A DNA stretch of 64,000 nt from an uncultured Gemmatimonadales bacterium (GTDB taxonomy: Bacteria; Gemmatimonadota; Gemmatimonadetes; Gemmatimonadales; GWC2-71-9), in contig CAWGED010000008.1 in the NCBI GenBank assembly GCA_963821525.1, positions 227,773 through 291,772 of the forward strand, in the 5' to 3' direction. A model generated the notes under the pieces. It was not told the DNA's origin, did not search any database, and saw only the letters and a list, made by a program, of their open reading frames with translations. Positions within the stretch are counted from its first letter, which is position 1. The number at the start of each line of letters is the position of its first letter. Positions 52,101-61,376 of this stretch are shown here, in pieces. The translations under genes and the position numbers were made by a program.

Positions 52101-52878
52101 CGCGCCCGAGACACTGGTACTCTGGGAAGCGCAATTCGGAGACTTCGTGAACGCGGCCCAGGTCGTCCTGGACCAGTTCATCGTGTCAGGGCTCTCCAAA
52201 TGGGGACTCACCACCCGGCTGACCCTGTTGCTGCCCCATGGATACGAGGGCCAGGGCCCCGAGCACTCCAGCGCCCGGCTAGAGCGGTTCCTCCAGCTCG
52301 CAGCGGAAGGAAATATCCGGGTCGCCAATCCCACCACGCCGGCGCAGTACTTCCATCTGCTTCGCCGGCAGGCCCGCCGGTCTCGACAGCGTCCGCTCAT
52401 CATCATGACACCGAAGAGTCTGCTGCGCTTGCCGCAGGCTTCCTCTCGGCTCGAAGAGCTGACCAGCGGGACGTTCCAGGCGATTCTGGATGATCCGGTG
52501 GCGGCCCAGCACCGCGATCAGGTCGAGAAGCTCGTGCTCTGCTCCGGGAAGGTCTACTACGACATCATGACGGAAGCGGCCAGCAAGGATCGGAGCCGGG
52601 TGGCGGTGGCGCGGGTCGAGCAGCTTTACACCTTCCCCGCCCCGGAACTGACGGCGCTGCTGGCTCAGTACCCGTCAGTCCGCGAAGTCACCTGGGTCCA
52701 GGAGGAGCCGCGGAACATGGGTGCGTGGCATTTCCTGGAGCAGCGGGTACGGCACGCTCTCAAGCCCGGAATCCCGCTCCGTTACGTGGGTCGCCCGGAA
52801 CGGGCGAGTCCCGCCGAAGGGTACCCTGCGGCGCACGCGGCGGAGCAGAAGCGGATTGTGGAGGAAGCGCTGGGGTGA
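49173..52878 (+). CDS. kgd: multifunctional 2-oxoglutarate dehydrogenase E1 with fused acyltransferase domain (Kgd-type; frameshift ~50640)
   Basis: 'YDHRVIQGAESG', 'GAKRFSIEG', 'GMAHRGRLN', 'HGDAAF.GQG', 'WEAQFGDF', 'GPEHSSAR'. Confidence 0.93.
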
Positions 52879-52900
52879 GGCGCGAGGACTGAGTTAACAG

Positions 52901-53092
52901 CGGGAACGGGGAACGGGGAACGGGGAACGAAGGCGAATGTAACATTCCGAGGAGCCGCCTCGAGCGCAGCGAGGGGAGGAAGCGACGAGGGCCTAATCTC
53001 CTTACCTTGGCGCCAAGGTCAGGATAGTAGGTCCCTCGCTTCGCTCGGGATGAGGTAATCCTGAGCGTCACTTCCTTCCCTGTTCCCGCTTT
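52901..53092. repeat. (GGGAACG)n arm + REP doublet 52943-53055 + TTCCC arm
   Basis: CATTCCGAGGAGC..GCGACGAGGGCCTA-spacer-AGGTCCCTCGCTTCGCTCGGGATGAGG; homologous to 61180-61270. Confidence 0.85.
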
Positions 53093-53093
53093 T

Positions 53094-53564
53094 TCAGATC
53101 GTCGCTGCCGACCCGTTGCCGTTCCCATTCCCGTTCGTGTGCTCCACAAACCGGGGCCGGTTCGAGGGCAGGAACGCGCGCTCGCTGGCCTGGCGGATCA
53201 TGTCCTTCACCAAATCAGACAGATGGTCCCCGTAGTGGAGCAGGAAGACTCCGCGGGACCGGCGCTGCGCGATGAAGGAGATGAAGGGGACGTCGGCTTT
53301 GGCTGCGTTGCAGGGGCGGCAGGCGAGGACCAGGTTGTCGGGCCGGTCGTAGGCTGTCTGGCCTCTGCGGGGGTAAACGTGGTCGAGGGTAGTTCTGTCT
53401 TCGGCGATTTCACTGCCGCAATAGGCACAGATCGATCCGTACTGCTGGATCAGCCACTGACGGTGGCTATCCATGGAGCGACGGCCAAGATTGCGAGCCG
53501 GACGATGCGAATTCGAAGAGGAACGTTTGCGGGAGTTACGTGGCACGTGGTGGAGATCCGTCAA
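53094..53564 (-). CDS. HNH endonuclease (start uncertain: 53564, 53546 or 53474)
   Basis: 'CAYC..TLDHVYP..NLVLACRPCNAAK'. Confidence 0.9.
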   Translation of the reverse strand: MTDLHHVPRNSRKRSSSNSHRPARNLGRRSMDSHRQWLIQQYGSICAYCGSEIAEDRTTLDHVYPRRGQTAYDRPDNLVLACRPCNAAKADVPFISFIAQRRSRGVFLLHYGDHLSDLVKDMIRQASERAFLPSNRPRFVEHTNGNGNGNGSAATI

Positions 53565-53790
53565 AACTTTATCTACTTTTTCTGTTCAGGTTATGATCAG
53601 GCGGCCTAAAGTGGCCGCAGGAACGGACTTAATGTAACGAGTCGGGCCCCGAAACGGTATCCCGCCGAGGTCCCCGCTCCCAATTCCCCGCGGCTTCGCC
53701 TTCTCCCCAGACCCGCAACCCCATTCGGACAACAGGGTTAGCCGGCCCGCACACTTGGGTGCTCTGAGCAAGAGCCCGGCCAGACTGACC

Positions 53791-54327
53791 TCAAGGATGG
53801 TAGCGGGACTTGAGCAGCCGGCCCCACTTCCAGTTGACCAGATAGACCGCCTCCGCTGGTCCTCCGGCATCCACCAACTGCTGACCGCTGTTGGCCCAGG
53901 CGAAGACGCCACCCTCCAGGTACGAGACTCGGGCATAGCCCACCCCCTGAAGCGCCTGAGCCATCGCGGCAGCCGTGGTGCCTGCGGCGTCGTAGACCAC
54001 GACCGGATTGCCCTTGGGGACGTTCGCGACGACGGAGAGATCGGGGGCTGCGGGATCGATCCAGACCGCCCCGTCTATGTGGCTCATCGTGAACTCGGCC
54101 TCGGGCCTGGCATCAACCATGAGCGCCGGCGGCCGGTTGGGATCCGCCCTCCACGCCACCAGTTCGGCCGGAGTCACTGAGCGAACTGACGAGAACTTCG
54201 CCTTCACCGCCTGCCTCAGCACCAGGGAGCCCAGTGGACTCCCGTCCCAGAACAGACCAATCAGGACCAGCGCCGCTAAGGCGAGGAGGAAGATGGTCCG
54301 CTTGGTGAAGCGCTTCTTTGTGCTCAT
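53791..54327 (-). CDS. membrane-anchored rhodanese-like protein
   Basis: 'VDARPE.EF..SHI.GA' and 'LEGG..AW'; the active-site loop reads VYDAAG. Confidence 0.85.
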   Translation of the reverse strand: MSTKKRFTKRTIFLLALAALVLIGLFWDGSPLGSLVLRQAVKAKFSSVRSVTPAELVAWRADPNRPPALMVDARPEAEFTMSHIDGAVWIDPAAPDLSVVANVPKGNPVVVYDAAGTTAAAMAQALQGVGYARVSYLEGGVFAWANSGQQLVDAGGPAEAVYLVNWKWGRLLKSRYHP

Positions 54328-54371
54328 GTGATACGAATCTCGGAAAGGACCGGGGTATCCAAGTCGCAAGC

Positions 54372-54470
54372 ATTAAGCCGTAAGCCTTAAGCTTTTAGCA
54401 ACAGGCGCTTTGCCTATGGCTTCCGGCTTCTGGCTTACGGCTTTTTGCTGGACCGACTGGCTTAAGGCCT
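54372..54470. repeat. fold-back heptamer array (TAAGCCG)n ... (GGCTTMY)n
   Basis: taagccgtaagccttaagct ... ggcttccggcttctggcttacggctt. Confidence 0.75.
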
Positions 54471-54477
54471 GTGACTC

Positions 54478-54999
54478 CTAGCGACGCCCCCGACCCCCGC
54501 CTCGTCCCTCATCGGGCTTGCGGGTCTTGGCCAGCAGCGCTGCCTCGGCGGCTGCCTTGCGGATCATCCGTTCCGGGCTCTCGGCCTTCATGATCGTGCG
54601 CGGCTTGCCGGGCACGAAGTTCACTTTGCCCTCGACCGTCTCGACGGTGAGCGGCCGGCCGGTAGTCAGCTCGAAGACGCCCAGCACATTTTCTCCCGCG
54701 CCCTGTGCCGCCTTCACCCGCTCGGCTAATGCTTCGCGGTCGGGCAGCCCCTCCAGAGATACCGCTGGAGTACCGAAAGGCGTGATCGGCTGGACCAGGA
54801 TGGCGATCTTGGCCCCTCGAAGCGTGGGACCCAGCCGCACATCGCGGCCTCCTATCTCGCGAGCCCAGCGGGTGGCCTCACGCTCGGCCGGAGAGGGCGC
54901 GTTCTTGCCTGTGGCGGAAGCCTCGGCCGCGCCGGCGCCGGGCTTTCTCTGCTCGCGACTCTTGCGAAGCGCTTTCAGGTAATCGGGTTCGTCAGACAC
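54478..54999 (-). CDS. hypothetical protein
   Basis: GGAG SD before GTG 54999; host-like codon usage. Confidence 0.65.
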   Translation of the reverse strand: MSDEPDYLKALRKSREQRKPGAGAAEASATGKNAPSPAEREATRWAREIGGRDVRLGPTLRGAKIAILVQPITPFGTPAVSLEGLPDREALAERVKAAQGAGENVLGVFELTTGRPLTVETVEGKVNFVPGKPRTIMKAESPERMIRKAAAEAALLAKTRKPDEGRGGGRGRR

Positions 55000-55084
55000 G
55001 GTAACAGCTCCAGACAGCAGTGGGACGGGTTCGGGGGAGAAGATACACGGTAGAATGGATGAAGGGGAGAACGGGCGGAGCCCC

Positions 55085-55120
55085 GTCATTGCGAGGGCCT
55101 GCAGGACCCGAAGCAATCCC
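55085..55120 (+). repeat. REP-like palindrome, copy 1
   Basis: GTCATTGCGAG-GGCCTGCAGGACC-CGAAGCAATCCC. Confidence 0.92.
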
Positions 55121-55136
55121 CCTAAGTGTTGGCGGA

Positions 55137-55172
55137 GTCATTGCGAGGCGGCTGAGCCGCCGAAGCAATCCC
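55137..55172 (+). repeat. REP-like palindrome, copy 2
   Basis: GTCATTGCGAG-GCGGCTGAGCCGC-CGAAGCAATCCC. Confidence 0.92.
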
Positions 55173-55257
55173 CGTACATGGCCGCGGAGTCCTCTGCGCC
55201 CGAACGTGCCACCCCTGCCTTGAGGGTCAGTTGAGCCGTGGCGACTACCCTGCACAC

Positions 55258-55554
55258 ATGGGCTCAAGGTCGCAGTCCTACGCTGTATACATCCTGACGA
55301 ACAAGCACCATACCGTCCTCTACACCGGGATAACCAACAATCTCCAACGCAGATTGTTGGAGCACCGCGGCGGCTCAGGACCAGCCTTCACCTATCGTTA
55401 CCAAGCTCACAAGCTCGTGTACTACGAGTTGTTCGGAGGGGCGAGATTAGCAATTGCTCGAGAGAAACAGATTAAGGCGGGACCACGGTCCAGAAAGGTC
55501 GCGCTGATTGAATCTGTGAATCCTGGGTGGCGGGATCTGTCCGAGGATTGGTGA
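55258..55554 (+). CDS. stand-alone GIY-YIG nuclease (YhbQ/UPF0213-like), 98 aa
   Basis: 'YAVYILTN..VLYTGITNNLQRRL.EH', 'AIAREKQIK', 'NP.W.DL'; TACCCT 6 nt before the ATG. Confidence 0.93.
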   Translation: MGSRSQSYAVYILTNKHHTVLYTGITNNLQRRLLEHRGGSGPAFTYRYQAHKLVYYELFGGARLAIAREKQIKAGPRSRKVALIESVNPGWRDLSEDW

Positions 55555-55575
55555 GGGACTCCGATGACACCCACG

Positions 55576-55611
55576 GGGATTGCTTCGCCCGCTACGCGGG
55601 CTCGCAATGAC
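55576..55611 (-). repeat. REP-like palindrome, copy 3 (inverted)
   Basis: Reverse complement reads GTCATTGCGAG-CCCGCGTAGCGGG-CGAAGCAATCCC. Confidence 0.92.
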
Positions 55612-55631
55612 TGCGCTGACACCTATGGGGG

Positions 55632-56488
55632 CTACCTCACCGGCGGCACCGCGCTATCCCCTACTCTGAGCCCATAGCGCCTCAGCCGCGCGCCCAACGC
55701 ATCGGCGCCCTGTCCTCCCATCACAATGACCAACCCCGGCGCCACCAGCCTCGGCAGCCGGCGCAGATCGGGGAGCCGCGCCTCGACGTTGGCGGGATCC
55801 GAGGCGCTGATCGCGAGACAGGCGGGATGGACGGTCCACGACGCATCCACCAGGTCATGCAGCGGCAGGTCCGCGCCCAGGTAGCGGACTCTCCAGCCGG
55901 CACGCGCGAGAAGCACAAGGTGACAGAGCAAGCCCCACTCGTGACGCTCGCCCTGAAGGCAGGCCGCGAGCAGGACCGGTCCCTTGCCGCGTTCGAGCTC
56001 CAGCTCCCGCTTGAGGGTCGTGATCACCACATCACTCGCCAGGTGTTCTACCGCGACTGAAATTTTGCCCAGCGCCCATTGATCGCCGATCAACTCGGCC
56101 AACGGCAGAATCACCTCGCGGACGAAACTCTCGAGCGGCCGGTTCCGATGCTCTTCTTCCAACAGAGCGGCCAGCCGCTCGCGGTCGAAATGGCGAAGCG
56201 CGTCCAGCATGCCCGGCAGGGGGGAGCCGTCATTCACCGAGCCTTCCGCCCGGCTCAGCACCGACTCGACCGGTTCCTGCATCAGTTCACCGATTCGGTC
56301 TCCCCCGCGATCAGCCGGGCGAGGGCGCGCAGCAATGCCACCTGCTCCGAGGTGTAGACCCGGTAGCGATTCTCCAGCCGGCGAGGTCTCACCACCTTGT
56401 AGCGCCGCTCCCAGGCCCGGAGCCGGGCGGGAGCCAGGCCCGTGAGCTCGGCGACTTCCTTGATCTCATAGTTCCGGTTGGCCGTCAT
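55632..56488 (-). CDS. MerR-HTH + cobalamin-binding regulator, CarH/LitR-like (frameshift ~56300)
   Basis: MerR 'LRAWERRY..P.R..YR.Y'; W-x9-EH (WALGKISVAVEH) and ExHxxG (ERHEWG); 'YLGADLP'. Confidence 0.85.
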
Positions 56489-56496
56489 GGCCGGAG

Positions 56497-56525
56497 AAGG
56501 TGCAGGCCGATGGGACGAACGTCAA
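56497..56525 (-). promoter_or_regulatory. sigma-70-like promoter of the CarH-like gene (near-leaderless)
   Basis: TTGACG-N17-CACCTT, 8 nt before the ATG. Confidence 0.55.
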
Positions 56526-56614
56526 ATGTTTAGTCAGGCAAGGATGGACAATTCTGCCGGGTGACTGAACGGCCTTCCACTACTATCTTCTCTGCGCCTC
56601 CACTGGAGACCGCT

Positions 56615-58660
56615 CTGACCGCGCCCGCCACTCTCCCCGAGACCGATCAGCTGACCACCTCTCCCGACTCCGCCTGGCGGACCATCAACAGCCTTCGCGT
56701 CCTCGCGATGGACGCGGTGGAACAGGCCCAATCCGGGCCATCCTGGCACGCCGATGGCCCTGGCGCCTGCGGGCTACCAGTTGTGGGACCGGATGCTGCG
56801 ATTCGACCCGGCCCATCCCCAGTGGGAGGATCGCGATCGTTTCGTGCTCTCGTGCGGGCACGCTTCGATGCTGATCTACGGCTTGCTCCACCTCTCGGGC
56901 TACGATCTCAGCCTCGATGATATCCGCCACTTCCGGCAATTCGGCTCCAAAACTCCAGGCCATCCTGAGCGGGGACACACCGTCGGCATCGAGACTACGA
57001 CCGGTCCGCTGGGCCAGGGCGTCGGGAACTCGGTGGGAATGGCGATCGCCGAGCGGTTCCTGGCCGAATCATTTCAACCGGCCGGGCTTCGAGCTGGTGA
57101 AGCACCGGGTCTGGGCCATGGTCAGCGATGGCGACATGATGGAAGGCGTCGCCAGCGAGGCTGCATCGCTTGCGGGTCACCTGCGGCTGGGCAATCTCAA
57201 GCTGATCTACGACGACAATCACATCACGATCGACGGATCCACCAGTCTCGCCTTCAGCGAAGATGTCGGGCTCCGTTTCGAAGCCTACGGCTGGCAGGTG
57301 CAGCATGTGGGAGACGGCAACGATCTCGACGCCATCGCGCGGGCGCTCGATACTGCCGCCGCGGAAACCACCCGGCCCTCGCTCATCATCCTGCGGACTC
57401 ATATCGGCGATCCGGCGCCCACCAAGCGGGACACGGCCGCAGCCCACGGTTCTCCGCTCGGCGCGGAAGAGGTGGCGAAGACCAAGGCGATTCTGGGATG
57501 GCCGGAGCAGGAGAAGTTCGTCGTGGCGCCCGAAGCGGCGCAGTGGCGCGCTCGCTGTCTCGAAAAGGGCCGCAAGGCGTACGGCGAATGGCAGGAGCTC
57601 TGGGATCGCTATCGCCGCGAGTTCCCCGACCTGGCGTCGGAGTTCGACCGATTGGCAGGCGGGACGGTTGCCGAAGAACTGGGCCGACGGTCTCCCCACC
57701 TTCACCCCCGCGGACGGAAAGCTCGCTACCCGGCAGGCCTCGGCTAAGACGCTGAACGTTCTCGCCGGAAAGCTGGGAAACCTGATCGGTGGATCCGCCG
57801 ATCTCGCCGAGAGCACCGGGTCCGAGATCAAGAACGGGGGCAGCTTCAGCGCGACGGCCGTGGGCCGGAACATCCATTGGGGTGTTCGCGAGCACGCCAT
57901 GGTTTCGAGCCTCAATGGAATGGCGGCCCACGGAGGAATCCGCCCCTTCGGCACCACCTTCCTCATCTTCAGCGACTACTGCCGTCCCTCGCTCCGTCTC
58001 GCGGCGCTGATGAAATTGCCGGTGATCTTCATCGGCACCCACGACTCGATTGGATTGGGTGAGGACGGGCCGACGCACCAGCCGGTCGAGCATCTTGCCA
58101 TACTGCGAGCGACACCCAACATGACCGTGATCCGCCCGGCCGATGCCTCGGAAACGGTCGAGGCGTGGCGATCGGCGATCGAGAAGAAGGATGGGCCCAC
58201 CGTCCTCGCACTGACCCGGCAGAAGCTGGCGGTGCTGGACCGCACGAAACTGGCACCCGCCGAAGGAGCTCGACGCGGCGGCTACGTGCTGCTCGATTGC
58301 AAGGGGACTCCTGAAGCCATCGTGATCGCCACCGGCAGCGAAGTGCACCCCGCCCTCTCCGCGGTGGAGCGCCTGCAGGGCGAAGGGAAAAAGGTGCGAC
58401 TGGTTTCGCTACCCTCCTGGGAGCTGTTCGAAGCGCAGCCGGAGGCGTATCGTGAATCGGTACTCCCCAAGTCAGTGACTGCCCGAGTCTCAGTCGAAGC
58501 AGCCGCGACGTTTGGCTGGAGCCGCTGGGTGGGAGACCGGGGTGTCGCGATCGGACTGGATCACTTCGGTGCTTCGGCCCCGGCGGAGGTGTTGTTCAAG
58601 GAGTTTGGGTTTACGGCGGACAGGATAATGGAAGCGGTGAAGGGCTTGCTTGGTCGGTAG
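56615..58660 (+). CDS. tkt: transketolase (frameshifts ~56735, ~57075, ~57660; start uncertain)
   Basis: 'SG-HPG.PM', 'DRFVLSCGH', 'TTGPLGQG', 'SDGDMMEG', 'GEDGPTHQP'. Confidence 0.93.
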
Positions 58661-58736
58661 GGAGGCCCAGACGGCTCTAGACGGTTCGACGGTTAGGGTC
58701 GGCGATATCCAGATTTCCCATTAAACATTGATGCTC

Positions 58737-59855
58737 ATGGGCACCAACCCTCTCAATATCCTCAACAGCCTCGGGCAAAGCCCCTGGTACGACTACATCA
58801 CCCGCGACCTCATCACCTCGGGTGAGCTGGCGCGGCTGATCGAGCAGGATGGTCTCCGCGGGATGACGACCAACCCGACCATCTTCGAGAAGGCGGTGTC
58901 GGGAGGCGACGTCTACGACGGCGACATCCGGGCTACTCGGCGCCGAGGGCAAGACGCCGGCCCAGGTGTTCGAGGCGCTGGCCGTGGGCGACGTGCGCGC
59001 CGCGTGCGACGTCTTCGCCCCAGTGCATCGGGCCCAGCGGGGACACGACGGACTGGTGTCGCTCGAGGTCTCACCGACCCTGGCACGGGACACGGCGGGG
59101 ACCATTGCGGAGGCCGAACGGCTCTGGGAGCGGATCGGGCGGGGGAACGCGATGATCAAGATTCCGGGCACCAGCGAAGGGCTGCCCGCGATCACCGAGT
59201 GTCTGGCCCAGGGCATCAACGTGAACGTCACCCTGCTCTTCTCGGTCGCCCGCTACCGCGAGGTGATGGACGCGTTCATGGCCGGGCTCGAGCGCCGGGC
59301 GGCGCAGGATCTTCCGATTGAGCGGGATCGCATCGGTGGCGAGCTTCTTCGTCAGCCGGCTCGACGGCAAGGTGGATCCGCTGCTGGAGAAGAATCCCGC
59401 GTCGAATGCCCAATCGCTCCGCTCGACCGCCGCGATCGCCAACGCCTGTGCCGCGTACTCGGCCTTCCAGGAAACCTTCGCCGGCAAGCGCTGGAAGGCG
59501 CTCGCGCGAGAAAGGTGCCCGGGTGCAGCGGCCGCTCTGGGCCTCGACCAGCACCAAGGATCCGCGTCTCCCCGACATCTACTACGTCGAAGCGCTGATC
59601 GCGGAGCAGACGGTGAACACCCTGCCGCCCGCGACCTTCGCCGCCTACCGGGATCACGGCGAGCCCGAGCTGCGTATGGCCGCGGGCCAGCGTGCCGCTC
59701 CGGCCCAGCTTGCCGCACTCAAGAAACTCGGCATTGACCTCGACACCATCACGCAGACGCTCGAGGTCGAGGGCGTCGCGAGCTTCGCCGCGTCCTACGC
59801 ATCGCTGCTCGCGGGGATCGAGGCGAAAATGGGAGCACTGGCGGGGGCTCGGTAA
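58737..59855 (+). CDS. tal: transaldolase (frameshifts ~58940, ~59325, ~59510)
   Basis: 'GMTTNPTIF', 'VSLEVSP', 'MIKIPGT', 'VASFFVSR', 'QRPLWAST'. Confidence 0.93.
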
Positions 59856-59860
59856 CCCCG

Positions 59861-61136
59861 ATGCTCTCGACTCTCAGGCGGATCTCCCTCACCGGCTGGA
59901 TCATCATCGCCACGGTGGTCGGCGCCCTTCTGGGCTGGCTCGACCACGATGTGTGGACCAGCACCGACCTGATTCCGTTCTTCACGCCGCTGTCCAATGT
60001 CTTCCTGAGAATGATCAAGGCGATCGTGGTTCCCCTTCTCTTCGGGAGCCTGGTCGTCGGCATCGCGGGGCACGGCGATGATCTGAAGCGGGTGGGCCGG
60101 CTGGCTCTCCGGTCACTGATCTATTTCGAGATCATGACCACTGTGGCGCTCTTCATCGGTCTGGCGGCGGTCAACCTGGTCCGTCCGGGCGATGGGATCT
60201 CGCTCGCGGCCAGCGCCGAGGCGGGAGAGCAGTTCGCCAGCACCAAGACGACGCTCGCCGGCGTGCTGGAGCATACCGTCCCGACCAGCTTCTTCGACGC
60301 GGCGGCCAAGAACGAAGTCCTTCAGGTGGTGTTCTTCTCGCTGCTCTTCGCCGTCGGCACTGGCCCAGGTGAAGGGCCGCCCCCGGGAGACGATGCTCGC
60401 CTTCTGCGAGAGTCTTTCGGAGATCATGTTCAAGTTCACCAACATCGTGATGAAGTACGCTCCGATCGGCATCGCGGCCGCGATCGGTGCCACGATCAGC
60501 AAGAACGGCCTCGCGGTGATCGGCAACCTGGGGCTGCTCGTCGCGACGCTGTACGGGGCGTTGATCGTGTTCATCCTCGTCGGGCTGTTGCCCGCCGCGA
60601 TCATCGCCCGGATCCCGATCCGTCCCTTCTGGGACCACGCGAAACAACCCTGGCTCATCGCCTTCTCCACCGCTTCCTCCGAAGCGGCCCTGCCGCTGGC
60701 GATGGAGAACATGGAGAAGTTCGGGGTACCGCGGCGCATCGTCTCCTTCGTGCTGCCGACCGGCTACTCCTTCAACCTCGACGGCTCCACCCTCTACCTC
60801 GGCGTCGCCTCGGTGTTCGTGGCGCAGGCCGCCGGGGTGGACATGTCGCTGGGCCAGCAGCTGGTGATGATGCTGACACTCATGCTGACGAGTAAAGGTG
60901 TCGCCGCCGTGCCCCGCGCATCGCTGGTCATTCTCGCCGGCACGCTCTCGACCTTCGGCCTTCCGCTCGAAGGCGTCGCCGTCATCCTGGGCGTGGATGC
61001 CTTCATGGACATGGCCCGCACTTCGGTGAACCTGCTGGGGAATTGCCTGGCCTCGGCGGTGATGGCGAGGTGGGAGGGGGAGCTACAGGTCGGGGTACCG
61101 CAGGCGGCGACGGCTGCCGTGATTGCCAAGTCGTAG
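59861..61136 (+). CDS. dicarboxylate/amino acid:cation symporter (GltP/DctA family; frameshift ~60355)
   Basis: 'FSTASSEAALP', 'GYSFNLDG', 'DMART.VN'. Confidence 0.92.
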
Positions 61137-61318
61137 GCTATCAGCCGTCAGCCGTCAGCGACCTCAGCCGTTAGCCGCCCATCCCGAGGAGCGAAGCGAC
61201 GAGGGACCTAGTCTCCGTGCCTTCGCGCCAAGGCTCGGACAGAAGGTCCCTCGCTGCGCTCGGGATGAGGTGCTTCTGACGGCTGATGGCTGACGGCTAA
61301 CGGCTGACGGCACCTGAC
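61134..61318. repeat. (TCAGCCG)n arm + REP doublet 61180-61270 + (CGGCTGA)n arm
   Basis: CATCCCGAGGAGCGAAGCGACGAGGGACCT-spacer-AGGTCCCTCGCTGCGCTCGGGATGAGG between inverted heptamer arrays. Confidence 0.9.
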
Positions 61319-61376
61319 GATTGCAACCAAATTGCCCTTCCGCACGTCTTTCCGTCGTCTCCAACCCGGATCACCC

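Noticed and set aside
53094..53564. HNH nuclease as a defence system or as the REP mobiliser
   Set aside because: No methylase, ATPase or cas partner; the REP doublet is only on its 3' side and has a twin at 61180 with no HNH gene.
53565..53790. Possible riboswitch or ncRNA upstream of the HNH gene
   Set aside because: Only a short hairpin (GCGGCC-N6-GGCCGC); I could not match any RNA family by eye. An Rfam cmscan would settle it.
55085..55172. Two 36-nt direct repeats as a mini CRISPR array
   Set aside because: Only two direct copies with a 16-nt gap, variable cores inside the repeat, a third inverted copy and no cas genes. It fits a REP, not CRISPR.
56615..61136. tkt, tal and the symporter as pseudogenes or programmed frameshifts
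   Set aside because: All motifs are intact across frames, no consistent slippery site is present, and similar indels occur window-wide.
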